Positions 6,257-15,574 of a DNA stretch of 64,000 nt are shown here, in pieces. The notes below the pieces were generated by a model. The model saw only the letters and a program-made list of their open reading frames with translations. It was not told the DNA's origin and did no database searches. Every line of letters starts with the position of its first letter. Position 1 is the stretch's first letter. Source of the DNA: an uncultured Candidatus Saccharibacteria bacterium (GTDB taxonomy: Bacteria > Patescibacteriota > Saccharimonadia > Saccharimonadales > JAGQNJ01); the NCBI GenBank assembly GCA_964602865.1, contig CAZRSX010000003.1:1288-65287 (forward strand), written 5' to 3'. A program made the position numbers and the translations under genes.

Positions 6257-9199
6257 ATGAGTAGCAAACGTTCCCGCGGGAGCAAAAACCGCTTCACCAC
6301 TCGAAGCGGCAATACATTTAAGGTGCGTCGCAGCTTGTCTGACAGATTCAAAATCCGCAAAGATCAAAAATCACGCCGCAGAGCCGAACGCATGGCCGGC
6401 ATGCCCAAAGGCCGCGTCCAACGGTTTTTCTGGCGGCTACACCCAAAACGACTGAAAGAGTACTGGTTTTCGCGCGACGGCGGCATTATGGCGCTCAAAA
6501 TTATGGGCATCGGCTTTATTGTTGGCTTTATCTTTCTGGTCGGCCTGTTTGCTTACTTCCGCAAGGATTTACCTGATCTTCGTAACATCTCTGGTGACAA
6601 TATAGGCGGCAGTATTCGCTACTATGACCGAACCGGCAAAACCCTGCTCTGGGAAGATTACGACGCCGTGAAACGAATCCCTGTCGAGGATGAACAGATA
6701 TCGCAATACATGAAAGATGCCACCGTGGCACTGGAAGACAAAGAGTTCTTTAATCATGGCGGCTTTGACCCCAAAGGCATCACGCGTGCTGCCTGGGCCA
6801 ACTTCACCGGTGGCACAACCAGCCAAGGCGGCTCGACGATTACCCAGCAGCTGGTCAAGCTGACACAGAACTGGACACAGGAACGCACGTACACCCGTAA
6901 AGTCAAAGAAGTTATTCTTGCGGTTGAGTTAGAGCGAAGTTACTCCAAACAAGAAATCTTAGCTGGCTACCTCAACACCGCGCCGTACGGTGGCATCGAG
7001 TACGGTGTTGAAGCAGCTGCCCGCGGTTATTTTGAAAAAACCGCCAAAGACCTGACGCTAGACGAAGCTGCGTTCCTGACCGCTATCCCACAGTCGCCGC
7101 GTTATTATTCGCCGTACAGTGGTGATTTCGACAAAGGCATGCTGGTAGGTCGGCAGCATTACACGCTCGATCTGATGCAACAACAAGGTATGATTACAGC
7201 CGAAGAGCGGGACGCTGCCAAAAAAGTCGACACCGTCAAGAAAGTCAAGCCGCGCAAACCAAAGTATGACGGCATCCTGGCGCCCTGGTTTGTGTTGACC
7301 GCAAAAGAACAGCTGGAACAAGAAATCCTAAGCGGCGAGACGTCGAACGTCGGCGGCTGGAAAGTTACCACCACGCTCGATATGAAGCTGCAGAAGCTGG
7401 CCGAAGAACAAGTCAATAATGGTATCCGCCAAGTATATAACCAGCGCGGCGACAGCGCTGCATTCGCCGCCGAGGATGTTGAGACCGGCCAAATGGTGGC
7501 GCTGGTTGGCGGCTCTGACTTTGGCAATGAAGAATTTGGGCAGAACAACTATGCTCGCTTGCGGCTGCCACCAGGGTCAAGCTTCAAGCCGTACGACTAT
7601 GCAGCACTGATTGAGGGCACAACGAATCACGGCGCTGGTTCGGTACTGTACGACACGCAAGGACCGCTGGAAGGCTATCCATGCACCAACAAAGCCCGGC
7701 CAAAACAAGGCGGCAACTGTCTCTTTAACTACGACTTCCGCTATCCTGGCCCGCTAACGCTTCGCTACGCACTGGGTGGTTCGCGTAACGTTCCAGCCGT
7801 CAAAGCAATGCTGATCGCCGGTGTCGATAAAACCATCGATACTGCCAATAAATTAGGCTTAAAAAGCGGCTATAAGTGTTACCGTCCGGAGCTGGAAGAT
7901 GTTAACGCCGCTACCTCTGATGACGAACAGTCCTGCTATGCCTCATCGGCCATCGGTGATGGCGCCTACCTCAAGCTCGACGAACACGTCCACGCCCAGG
8001 CCTCGCTATCTCGCGGCGGAAAGTACATCCCGCAAACTTACATCTTGAAGATAGAAGATTCCAATACCAAACCGCTCTGGCAGTGGGAGAAAAAAGACGG
8101 CGAACAAGTCATTCGTGAAGATACCGCCTACATCATCAATGATATTTTGAGTGACGCACGAGCAAGCTATATGTCGCGCAAAAACCATCGGTATGGCAAC
8201 TGGAAGTTTGCGCTCAAAACCGGAACTACTAACGATGCAAAGGACGGATGGCTGACCGGCTATTCAAGTAAATACGCCGCCAGTGTCTGGGTTGGCCATC
8301 ATACGCGCCGTATTGAAATGAGCGGTTTCATGGAGAACATGACGCAACCGATATGGAGTGGGTGGATGCAAGGCGCCCATGAAGGACTAGAGGCCAAAGA
8401 TTGGCCAAAACCAAGCAGCGTACAAACCTTGCCGGCCTATGTTGTCAGAAACCATGTTGGTGTTGCCTCAATCGAACCAAGTCCAACAAACGATTTGTTC
8501 CCGTCGTGGTACAAGAACGACAAGCGAAAATCAAACGAAAAGCGTACCATTGATATCGTATCCAATAAGTTAGCAACTGATTGTACGCCGGAACGTGCTC
8601 GTAAAGAAGTCACTGAAACTGCTGCTAACAGCTTCTCGGGCGATCCGTTCGAAGGCGGCGGTGCAGCCGCTTCGGGTGAAAAAGATGACGTGCACAAATG
8701 TAACGATAAAAAACCAACTATCTCCCTGAGCATCAATGGCAATCAGATAACGGTGACCTACGCCCGCGGAACACATCCGCTGTCCAGCGACAAATTCAAA
8801 GGTACAGTGGCAATATTTGTCGGCGGCAAAGAAGTAAAGACCTACCAGGTCAACAACTCAGGCAGTCAGACCTATACCCATACCGGCTCGCCCGGCGCAG
8901 TCACGGCCACGATTGTCGATAGTGTCTTGTACGATGCAACCGCAAGTGGTGGCTCAATAAGCGCAGCATCTTCCCTGACTATCACGAGCGCCAAACGACA
9001 AGGTTTGAACGCAGTATTTATATGGTCAAACGCCACCGGCAACGTCGGCATATACCGCGAAGACAACGACGCCCTGCTCTGTAGTAGTGGTGGCACAACT
9101 TGCAGTGTCAACAACCTCGGTTTAGCGCCAGTTGGAACGGCCGTTTACGCCCGAGATGCTGAAGGCAATACCTCAAGTCCGGTGACGATTACGAACTAG
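6257..9199 (+). CDS. class A penicillin-binding protein (transglycosylase + transpeptidase) with long C-terminal beta-rich extension
   Basis: 980 aa. Basic cytoplasmic tail plus one TM helix. GT51 motifs EDKEFFNHGGFD and GGSTITQQL. Transpeptidase motifs SSFKP, SRN, KTGTT. About 250 extra C-terminal residues with no motif I recognise. Confidence 0.9.
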   Translation: MSSKRSRGSKNRFTTRSGNTFKVRRSLSDRFKIRKDQKSRRRAERMAGMPKGRVQRFFWRLHPKRLKEYWFSRDGGIMALKIMGIGFIVGFIFLVGLFAYFRKDLPDLRNISGDNIGGSIRYYDRTGKTLLWEDYDAVKRIPVEDEQISQYMKDATVALEDKEFFNHGGFDPKGITRAAWANFTGGTTSQGGSTITQQLVKLTQNWTQERTYTRKVKEVILAVELERSYSKQEILAGYLNTAPYGGIEYGVEAAARGYFEKTAKDLTLDEAAFLTAIPQSPRYYSPYSGDFDKGMLVGRQHYTLDLMQQQGMITAEERDAAKKVDTVKKVKPRKPKYDGILAPWFVLTAKEQLEQEILSGETSNVGGWKVTTTLDMKLQKLAEEQVNNGIRQVYNQRGDSAAFAAEDVETGQMVALVGGSDFGNEEFGQNNYARLRLPPGSSFKPYDYAALIEGTTNHGAGSVLYDTQGPLEGYPCTNKARPKQGGNCLFNYDFRYPGPLTLRYALGGSRNVPAVKAMLIAGVDKTIDTANKLGLKSGYKCYRPELEDVNAATSDDEQSCYASSAIGDGAYLKLDEHVHAQASLSRGGKYIPQTYILKIEDSNTKPLWQWEKKDGEQVIREDTAYIINDILSDARASYMSRKNHRYGNWKFALKTGTTNDAKDGWLTGYSSKYAASVWVGHHTRRIEMSGFMENMTQPIWSGWMQGAHEGLEAKDWPKPSSVQTLPAYVVRNHVGVASIEPSPTNDLFPSWYKNDKRKSNEKRTIDIVSNKLATDCTPERARKEVTETAANSFSGDPFEGGGAAASGEKDDVHKCNDKKPTISLSINGNQITVTYARGTHPLSSDKFKGTVAIFVGGKEVKTYQVNNSGSQTYTHTGSPGAVTATIVDSVLYDATASGGSISAASSLTITSAKRQGLNAVFIWSNATGNVGIYREDNDALLCSSGGTTCSVNNLGLAPVGTAVYARDAEGNTSSPVTITN

Positions 9200-10536
9200 A
9201 TCTCCAGAAAGGTGTTCAGTGCAGTGCGCACGTCTTTAACGGCGACTAGAAAACTGTCTGTTTTGTTATCACGCTGCCGTGGTCCGATAGCCGCATCAAA
9301 ACCAAGTTTTTTCGCTTCTGCAATGCGGCGCTCGGCAAATGGCACGTGCCGAACCTCGCCCGACAAGCCAAGTTCGCCAAATACGACGGCGTTTTTCTTC
9401 AGCTTCATCGCTTTGGCGGCCGAGGCAATCGCCATACATACCGCCAGATCAGCTGCCGGTTCCTGAATACGTATACCGCCGACAATGTTGATATAAATAT
9501 CTTGATCAGACAAATTGAGCTTGGTGCGCCTGTCTAGCATGGCCACGAGTAGATTCAGCCGGTTAAGATCAAAGCCGCTGGCGGCTCGCTTGGGGTATCC
9601 ATAGGCCGTCTTGTTGACCAGTGCTTGCACCTCGACCAAGACTGGCCGAGAACCTTCCATGGTCGCCAGTACGACCGAACCATCGGTAATGTGTCGTTCG
9701 GCGAGCAAGGCTTCGCTGGGGTTTTCGACCACGCGCAAGCCCTCCTCTGCCATCTCAAGTATTGCTACTTCGTTAGTCGAGCCAAAACGGTTCTTGGCAC
9801 TGCGGAGTAGCTTGAACCCGCCGTAGCGCTCGCCTTCGAGCTGCAGCACGGCATCGACGATGTGCTCTAATATCTTTGGGCCAGCAATAGAACCTTCCTT
9901 GGTGACATGCCCTACCAAAATAACCGCTGTTTGCGATTGCTTGGCCGCAGCCAGCAGGAGATGCGTGCAGGTTGTAATCTGGCTGACGCTGCCGGCAGAG
10001 CTGGCAACTGCGCTGCTGCTGACCGTTTGGATTGAATCAACGACCACGAGGTCATACTGTTTACTGGCAATTGAAGCCGCGACATCTTCGGCGCTATTAC
10101 TCGACGCAACCACCAGGTTTTTGTTGCTGGCTTTGAGCCGCTGCGCCCGCATGCCGACCTGGTGCGTTGATTCTTCACCACTGACATACAGCACCGTTTG
10201 TTTGCCTGCAACGTTATTGGCAATTTGTAGCAATAACGTACTCTTGCCAATGCCCGGCTCCCCGGCGAGCAACACCACGCTGCCTGGCACAATGCCGCCG
10301 CCAAAGACACCATCAACGTCAGTGATAGCCGTCAGCATGCGTTTCATGTCTTTCTTGGCCGCTTGGGCGCTGGTTTCTGATTGAAGCGCTGTACCAGCCT
10401 TACTCTTGCCATTTGGCGTCGAGGTAACGATCTCTTCAAGGGTGTTCCATTCGCCGCACGAATAGCACTTACCGGACCACGTCGGACTTTCCGCACCGCA
10501 GTTTTTACACACAAATGCACGTTGTTTTTTTGGCAT
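9196..10536 (-). CDS. radA: DNA repair protein RadA
   Basis: ORF track gives 9196..10587. The start is moved to the ATG at 10536 (MPKKQRAFVCKNCG...), which begins with the RadA zinc ribbon CxxC...CxxC and is preceded by TGCTACACT 9 nt upstream. Walker A GEPGIGKST, KNRFG motif, Lon-like C-terminal domain. Confidence 0.9.
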   Translation of the reverse strand: MPKKQRAFVCKNCGAESPTWSGKCYSCGEWNTLEEIVTSTPNGKSKAGTALQSETSAQAAKKDMKRMLTAITDVDGVFGGGIVPGSVVLLAGEPGIGKSTLLLQIANNVAGKQTVLYVSGEESTHQVGMRAQRLKASNKNLVVASSNSAEDVAASIASKQYDLVVVDSIQTVSSSAVASSAGSVSQITTCTHLLLAAAKQSQTAVILVGHVTKEGSIAGPKILEHIVDAVLQLEGERYGGFKLLRSAKNRFGSTNEVAILEMAEEGLRVVENPSEALLAERHITDGSVVLATMEGSRPVLVEVQALVNKTAYGYPKRAASGFDLNRLNLLVAMLDRRTKLNLSDQDIYINIVGGIRIQEPAADLAVCMAIASAAKAMKLKKNAVVFGELGLSGEVRHVPFAERRIAEAKKLGFDAAIGPRQRDNKTDSFLVAVKDVRTALNTFLEI

Positions 10537-10545
10537 ACTAGCTCT

Positions 10546-10554
10546 AGTGTAGCA
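10546..10554 (-). promoter_or_regulatory. extended -10 TGCTACACT, 9 nt upstream of the radA ATG at 10536
   Basis: Minus strand: TGCTACACT-AGAGCTAGT-ATG. Confidence 0.45.
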
Positions 10555-10558
10555 GAAA

Positions 10559-11542
10559 CTACTCAATCCTTGACGGTGTCGAATCAATCGCTTGCATCAG
10601 ATCTTGCACCTCTACCACGAGCGAATTACGCTGCTTCACAAGCCGGTTGTGCCGCTGGATATCACGCCGCGTGGCGTTAACCAGTGCATTATATTCATTG
10701 ACACTACGATTGTAAGCCTCTACCCGTTGGTTATAGGCAACCACATCGCTAACACGAAGCTGATTAAGCGCTGTTCGTTCAGTCATAAGCCGCCCGTTGC
10801 GCTCGCCCAGCAAAGCCTGATTAAATTCAATCTCGATCTTGAGCGCCGTAAGCTGTTTGTCAATTTGCTGCACCCTGTTTTGACGTGAACTAAATTCCGC
10901 TTCGTAGGTTTCTGATAGAGTCACAACTGCTGATCGGTCGGCAAAGTAGCGAGCATAGTACGTTTCAAGCTCGCCTGGTAATTTTCTGACCTCCGTTCCG
11001 AGTATAGAATGAAGCTCGTTCGGCACTGACGCGGGATTATTATCCTGATACTGGGCCACCGTGTCTTTGATGCGCTGATTGTCTAACGTTTTATAGGTGT
11101 TCACGAGCAATGTATTAATCCGTTCGCGTTCGCTTGCGTCCAAACGATCATAAGCCGCATGGAGCATTTCATGAGCGGCAGTCACTTCTCGTATACCTTT
11201 GAGGCGCTTATCTGTCACGTCGAACACAAAGATATTGCCCGAAACAACCAATCCGGAACGACTCACATAACAGCCTAAGATAATCGAGAATTCCTCGATG
11301 TGACAGTTCTGATTAAACGTCTCCGCGTCGGTCACCGCCGGATGCGTGGCGTAGAAAATATGCTGCGCCTCATCGGTCATCGTGGTGATCTCGGCTAGAG
11401 CCGAGACTTCCGCGCTGGGAGCATAATCACGGAGCCGCCACCAGTCGTAGACAGGCTGGCGGAAAAATACGGTCGCCGTAACCGCCAGCACCATGCTGAC
11501 AAAAAACAGGCCGCTGATGATTCGTTTGGAATTAAAACGCAT
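10559..11542 (-). CDS. membrane-anchored protein with HExxH metallopeptidase-like motif and C-terminal coiled coil (hypothetical)
   Basis: 327 aa. N-terminal TM helix (GLFFVSMVLAVTATVFF). HEMLH within VTAAHEMLHAAYDRL. The last ~120 aa are heptad-rich (Q/N/R/L). No family confidently recognised. Confidence 0.7.
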   Translation of the reverse strand: MRFNSKRIISGLFFVSMVLAVTATVFFRQPVYDWWRLRDYAPSAEVSALAEITTMTDEAQHIFYATHPAVTDAETFNQNCHIEEFSIILGCYVSRSGLVVSGNIFVFDVTDKRLKGIREVTAAHEMLHAAYDRLDASERERINTLLVNTYKTLDNQRIKDTVAQYQDNNPASVPNELHSILGTEVRKLPGELETYYARYFADRSAVVTLSETYEAEFSSRQNRVQQIDKQLTALKIEIEFNQALLGERNGRLMTERTALNQLRVSDVVAYNQRVEAYNRSVNEYNALVNATRRDIQRHNRLVKQRNSLVVEVQDLMQAIDSTPSRIE

Positions 11543-11552
11543 ATACCTCTAC

Positions 11553-11558
11553 AGTATA
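11553..11558 (-). promoter_or_regulatory. -10 box TATACT, 10 nt upstream of the ATG of the HExxH protein gene
   Basis: Minus strand: TTCGTATACT-GTAGAGGTAT-ATG. The same TATACTGTAG string occurs before gatC. Confidence 0.45.
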
Positions 11559-11589
11559 CGAAAGTTTTGTCGTACGGGCTACCGGCTAG

Positions 11590-14082
11590 CTATTCGTGGC
11601 TTGCGGCGTATTCGAGCTGCTGTTTCTTGGAGTTGACGGTCAGTATATCTCCTTTTTTGTACGTCTCGTGCAAAAGCTCTGCGGCAATGTGGTCTTCTAG
11701 CGTATCTTGCAGCAGACGCCGCATCGGCCGCACCCCGTTCATAGGATCATAGCCATGCTCAAGCATGTAGTCCTTGGCTTTCTGTGTCAGCTTTATGGTA
11801 ATACCGTGCTTAATCAGCCGTTCTTGCAGCTCCTTGACCTGGAGGTCTAGAATCTTCATAACGTTCGGCTTAGTGAGTGCGTGGAACACAATCATCTTAT
11901 CGATACGATTGATAAGCTCCGGCCGCATCATTTTTTTGAGCTCTTCAAGCACTTTGTCTTTGTTGGCTTCGTGCAGTTTTTCTAGATCATCAAAGTCTTT
12001 GCGGTCGTCAGCGCTGAAGCCCAGCGAGACTTCTTTTTGGAGTTTTTCAGCACCAATGTTACTTGTCATGATGACAATCGTGTTAGTGAAATCGATTTTG
12101 CGGCCTTTGGCATCAGTCAGGCAGCCGTCTTCTAAAATCTGCAGGAGCATGTTAAATACGTCTGGGTGGGCTTTTTCGATCTCGTCGAACAATACCAAAC
12201 TATACGGCTGACGGCGAATTTTGTCAGTCAGTTGACCGCTATCCTCGTAGCCGACATACCCGGCCGGAGCACCCACCAGTCGTGCAACCGTGTGCCGCTC
12301 ACCGAGCTCGCTCATGTCGATTTTGACGAGACTATCTTCACTCCCAAAGAACTCTCGTGCTAGTACCCGGGCCAGTTCAGTCTTGCCAACACCAGTCGGA
12401 CCAAGAAAGATAAACGAACCGATTGGCCGCTTGCCGCTGCTCACACCCGATCGATTACGGCGGATCGCTTTGGCGACAGCCTCAATGGCTTCAGTCTGGC
12501 CAACCACATACTTGCTCAGCGTCTTTTCAAGATTGATAAGATATTTTGCCTCTGAGCGTATGACTTTTTTTGTTGGTACCCCTGTCATACGGGCCACTGT
12601 TTCGGCGACATCGTCACTATTCATGGCGATAGGCTTGGCCTGCTTTTCAGTCGCCTGCAATTTCTTGAGCTCGTCGTGAATCTGGCTGATTCGCTGCTTA
12701 TACCGAGCAGCTTTTTCGTAGTCGCTCGTATCGGCAGCTTCTTCCATCTGGACATTGACCAGCTTGAGTTCTTTCTGGAGTTTGCGCACCTCAGGCGGTG
12801 TGCGACCCTTATCAAGCCGTAGATGGGCAGCCGTTTCGTCCAAGAGATCAATAGCCTTGTCTGGCATGAATCGGTCGTTCACATAGCGTTTGGCAAAGGC
12901 AACAGTATCCTCAACAACCTCATCGCTGATGGTTACCCCATGAAATTCTTCGTAGTGCCTCCGTAACCCTTTGAGGATAGCTGTGGTCTCGGGTACGGTG
13001 GTCTCGGGTACCTGAATTGGTTGTAAGCGACGTTCCAGGGCGGCATCTTTTTCGATGTGTTTGGTGTACTCGGTGGTGGTGGTTGCGCCAATCATCTGGA
13101 TTTTGCGGCGGGCCAAAGCTGGTTTTAAGATGTTGCCGGCATCCATGGCGCCTTCGGCCGCCCCGGCGCCTACGATCAGATGCAGCTCATCGATAAAAAT
13201 AATATTGTTCTTGTCGCGTTCCAACTCAGCCATGACCTTTTTCAACCGATCCTCGAATTCACCGCGATACTTTGTGCCGGCAATCATACCGGCAAGATCC
13301 AGCATGATGATGCGCTTATCGAGCAAACTATCCGGCACTTCTTCGTTCACAATACGCTGTGCTAGTCCTTCAACGATTGCCGTTTTACCCACACCAGGCT
13401 CACCAATAAGCACTGGGTTGTTTTTGGTTCGACGGTTCAGTACGGTAATAACTCGTCGTACCTGGGCGTCGCGGCCTACGACTGGGTCAAGCTTGCCCTC
13501 GCGTGCTTGTGCTGTCAGGTCGGTGCCGAAAAAATCTAGGGCTGTTTTGCGCGCCTTCTTAACGCGTCGTTTGGCAGCAGTGCCACCAGCGCCGGTACTA
13601 CCGCTGTCTTCAAATTGTTGACGGTTAAGGAATTGCTCCAGCTCGCTATTGACTGCGTCGACATTGACATTCATATCCCGCAGTAATGTCGTGGCTCGTG
13701 CATTCTTTTGGCTCAAAATACTGTACAAGATGTGTTCTGTCCCACAGTAATCCTGGCCGAAATCCTGGGCAATGTCGTAAGCCATCTTGAGCGTCAGTTT
13801 AGCCGTTTCAGACAAGCCCTTACCACCCATATTCATAACGAGTGTTTTTGGCGTCAAATTCAGGGCTAAACGTGCTCGATCAAGTGTAATCCCGGCACCC
13901 TCAAGTATTTTGGCTCCCATAGAGCTCTGCTGCGCCAGAACACCGAGCAATAAGTGCTCTGTGCCCACGTACGGACTGCCGCTGGTGCGCGCAATCGTAT
14001 CTGCATGGCGTAAACTATGCAGCGCATTATCAGTTAAGTGGTTCAAAAAATCTTGTAAGTCGTCTGAGCTTGGTATCATCAT
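11590..14082 (-). CDS. clpC: ATP-dependent Clp protease ATP-binding subunit ClpC
   Basis: 830 aa. Duplicated Clp_N repeats, two AAA+ modules (GEPGVGKT and GPTGVGKT), and a UVR-like linker ([18 protein letters not shown]). Confidence 0.9.
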   Translation of the reverse strand: MMIPSSDDLQDFLNHLTDNALHSLRHADTIARTSGSPYVGTEHLLLGVLAQQSSMGAKILEGAGITLDRARLALNLTPKTLVMNMGGKGLSETAKLTLKMAYDIAQDFGQDYCGTEHILYSILSQKNARATTLLRDMNVNVDAVNSELEQFLNRQQFEDSGSTGAGGTAAKRRVKKARKTALDFFGTDLTAQAREGKLDPVVGRDAQVRRVITVLNRRTKNNPVLIGEPGVGKTAIVEGLAQRIVNEEVPDSLLDKRIIMLDLAGMIAGTKYRGEFEDRLKKVMAELERDKNNIIFIDELHLIVGAGAAEGAMDAGNILKPALARRKIQMIGATTTTEYTKHIEKDAALERRLQPIQVPETTVPETTAILKGLRRHYEEFHGVTISDEVVEDTVAFAKRYVNDRFMPDKAIDLLDETAAHLRLDKGRTPPEVRKLQKELKLVNVQMEEAADTSDYEKAARYKQRISQIHDELKKLQATEKQAKPIAMNSDDVAETVARMTGVPTKKVIRSEAKYLINLEKTLSKYVVGQTEAIEAVAKAIRRNRSGVSSGKRPIGSFIFLGPTGVGKTELARVLAREFFGSEDSLVKIDMSELGERHTVARLVGAPAGYVGYEDSGQLTDKIRRQPYSLVLFDEIEKAHPDVFNMLLQILEDGCLTDAKGRKIDFTNTIVIMTSNIGAEKLQKEVSLGFSADDRKDFDDLEKLHEANKDKVLEELKKMMRPELINRIDKMIVFHALTKPNVMKILDLQVKELQERLIKHGITIKLTQKAKDYMLEHGYDPMNGVRPMRRLLQDTLEDHIAAELLHETYKKGDILTVNSKKQQLEYAASHE

Positions 14083-14131
14083 AGCGCTTATTTCCTACCC
14101 TCCAGCGATGTTTGTTATCTATCGCTCCTTC

Positions 14132-14160
14132 ATAATATGCAAGAAATTAGCACTCGTCAA
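14132..14160 (-). promoter_or_regulatory. clpC promoter: -35 TTGACG, 17-nt spacer, -10 TATTAT
   Basis: Minus strand: TTGACG-AGTGCTAATTTCTTGCA-TATTAT. A ~43-nt leader with a GGAGGG/AGGAAA SD precedes the ATG at 14082. The -35 lies inside the CIRCE spacer. Confidence 0.6.
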
Positions 14161-14173
14161 GTCCGAGTGCTAA
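14147..14173. promoter_or_regulatory. perfect CIRCE element (HrcA operator) TTAGCACTC-N9-GAGTGCTAA
   Basis: Plus strand reads TTAGCACTC GTCAAGTCC GAGTGCTAA. Both 9-bp arms match the published CIRCE consensus exactly with the canonical 9-nt spacer. Confidence 0.85.
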
Positions 14174-14235
14174 TTTACGTTTCGGGGCAACCTTGATCTG
14201 CCAGTGCGTTTAGCAGGCCAAGGCGTTGCGTCAGG

Positions 14236-15426
14236 TTACTCACCGTGTTGCTCGATGGCGTCGAGCAGTGAACTTTCGAGTTCTGATTTTTTCTTGAGCT
14301 TCTGTACTGGTTTTTTGACCTCTTCGGCAGGAGCTGCGTCTGCACCGCTATGAGGCTCCGCTGCTTTCGCATCATCGCTCGGCTGTTCTTTACGGCCCTC
14401 TATATCAAGTTCATAGCCAGTTAACTTGCTTGCTAAACGAACGTTTTGGCCGCCTCGGCCAATGGCGATGCTCAACTGGTCTTCCGGCACCCGCACAACG
14501 GCCCTCTTGTTCTTTTCGTCAAGCTCGACCGTATCAACTTTTGTTGGACTCAATGCATTGATGATGTAGGTCTTGGAATCCTCGTCCCACACGATAATGT
14601 CGATTTTTTCTTGCTCACCAATCTCGCTCATGACCGCATTGACGCGGGTACCATGGCCGCCGACAAAGGTGCCAACCGGATCAACACCAGGCACAGTGCT
14701 GGCAACTGCTAGCTTGGTGCGCACGCCAGCTTCGCGGGCAATGTCTTTGATAACGACGGCGTCATTTTCCATCTCTGGCACTTCACCGCGGAACAGCCAG
14801 TCAACAAACTCGGTGTTACCGCGCGATACCACCAGCTGCGGACCACGAACACCGCGCTCCACGTCTTTGAGGTAGACCTTAAGCCGCTGGCCCGGATAAT
14901 AATGTTCACCCTGGATCTGTTCGCTGCCCGGCATAATGGCCTGGGCTTTACCCAGATCAACCCGCACCATGCGGCCGTCAACACGCGCCACAATGCCGTT
15001 GATAACGGTACCGATTTTGTCTTCGTATTCGGTCAAAATGTTTTCGCGTTCTGCTTCGCGCAGACGCTGCAAGATAACTTGCTTGGCTGTCTGGGCGGCA
15101 ACGCGGCCAAAGTTCTCGACTTTTTCGTGCACTTCAATAATGTCGCCAACTTTGGCATTTTTTTTCATAGCGCCGGCATCTTTGAGTGAAATCTCGGCTT
15201 TGTCATCAGTAACCGTCTCAACAACTTCTTTGCTGATATAGGCGTCAACATCGCCGTTGTTGAGGTTCATGGTCACACGCACTTCTTGCTCGCGGTCACC
15301 GTAGTCGCGGCGATAGGCCGCCGCCAGAGCCTGCTCAACAATCTCTTGGACTGTTTCTTCTGGTAAGTTTTTTTCTTCGGCGATGGTTCTAACAGCCAAA
15401 GCCAGTTGTTTCATATCTAAATCCAT
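14236..15426 (-). CDS. nusA: transcription termination/antitermination factor NusA
   Basis: 396 aa. N-terminal RNAP-binding domain, S1 domain (GTVINGIVARVDGRMVRVDLG), KH domains (GxxGxxV: AIGRGGQNVRLAS). AAGGA SD upstream. Confidence 0.9.
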   Translation of the reverse strand: MDLDMKQLALAVRTIAEEKNLPEETVQEIVEQALAAAYRRDYGDREQEVRVTMNLNNGDVDAYISKEVVETVTDDKAEISLKDAGAMKKNAKVGDIIEVHEKVENFGRVAAQTAKQVILQRLREAERENILTEYEDKIGTVINGIVARVDGRMVRVDLGKAQAIMPGSEQIQGEHYYPGQRLKVYLKDVERGVRGPQLVVSRGNTEFVDWLFRGEVPEMENDAVVIKDIAREAGVRTKLAVASTVPGVDPVGTFVGGHGTRVNAVMSEIGEQEKIDIIVWDEDSKTYIINALSPTKVDTVELDEKNKRAVVRVPEDQLSIAIGRGGQNVRLASKLTGYELDIEGRKEQPSDDAKAAEPHSGADAAPAEEVKKPVQKLKKKSELESSLLDAIEQHGE

Positions 15427-15557
15427 ATGTTTTCCTTTCGTTAATTTGCATATTCACAATGACGTACATGAGTAGACTGTGAATGAAAAATCCGACCTGC
15501 CGGCCGGATCATTACACACTATCTATTGTACACAAGCCTGTCCTATAAATCAAGCCG

Positions 15558-15566
15558 TGGTAGAAT
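15558..15566 (+). promoter_or_regulatory. extended -10 TGGTAGAAT, 8 nt upstream of the pepN ATG at 15575
   Basis: Plus strand: CGTGGTAGAAT-ACCTTCTA-ATG. No SD. Confidence 0.5.
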
Positions 15567-15574
15567 ACCTTCTA

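Noticed and set aside
9860-10384. Long antisense ORFs inside well-supported genes (for example 9860..10384 in radA, 13055..13621 in clpC, 40749..41399 in uvrB, 61673..62386 across pheT/SDR, 4871..5467 in tyrS)
   Set aside because: They overlap genes with unambiguous conserved motifs. Their translations are low-complexity (Ser/Ala/Arg/Leu-rich), as is typical of frames opposite real genes, and they have no start signals.
14236-15426. Expected rimP-nusA-infB operon context
   Set aside because: Only nusA is present. It is flanked by clpC downstream and a divergent pepN upstream. I noted this as a synteny break, but gene order in reduced genomes is fluid, so I do not treat it as a finding.
15479-15574. 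N-terminal extensions in the ORF track (pepN 15479, radA 10587, protease 19379, SpoU methyltransferase 25030, rpe 49205, rpiB 49832, fba 46595, redoxin 56618, coiled-coil gene 450)
   Set aside because: Most of the extended starts I checked are GTG codons reported as M. The extensions overlap neighbouring genes or promoters and lack family-typical N-termini. Downstream ATGs have SD or -10 signals at the proper distance.
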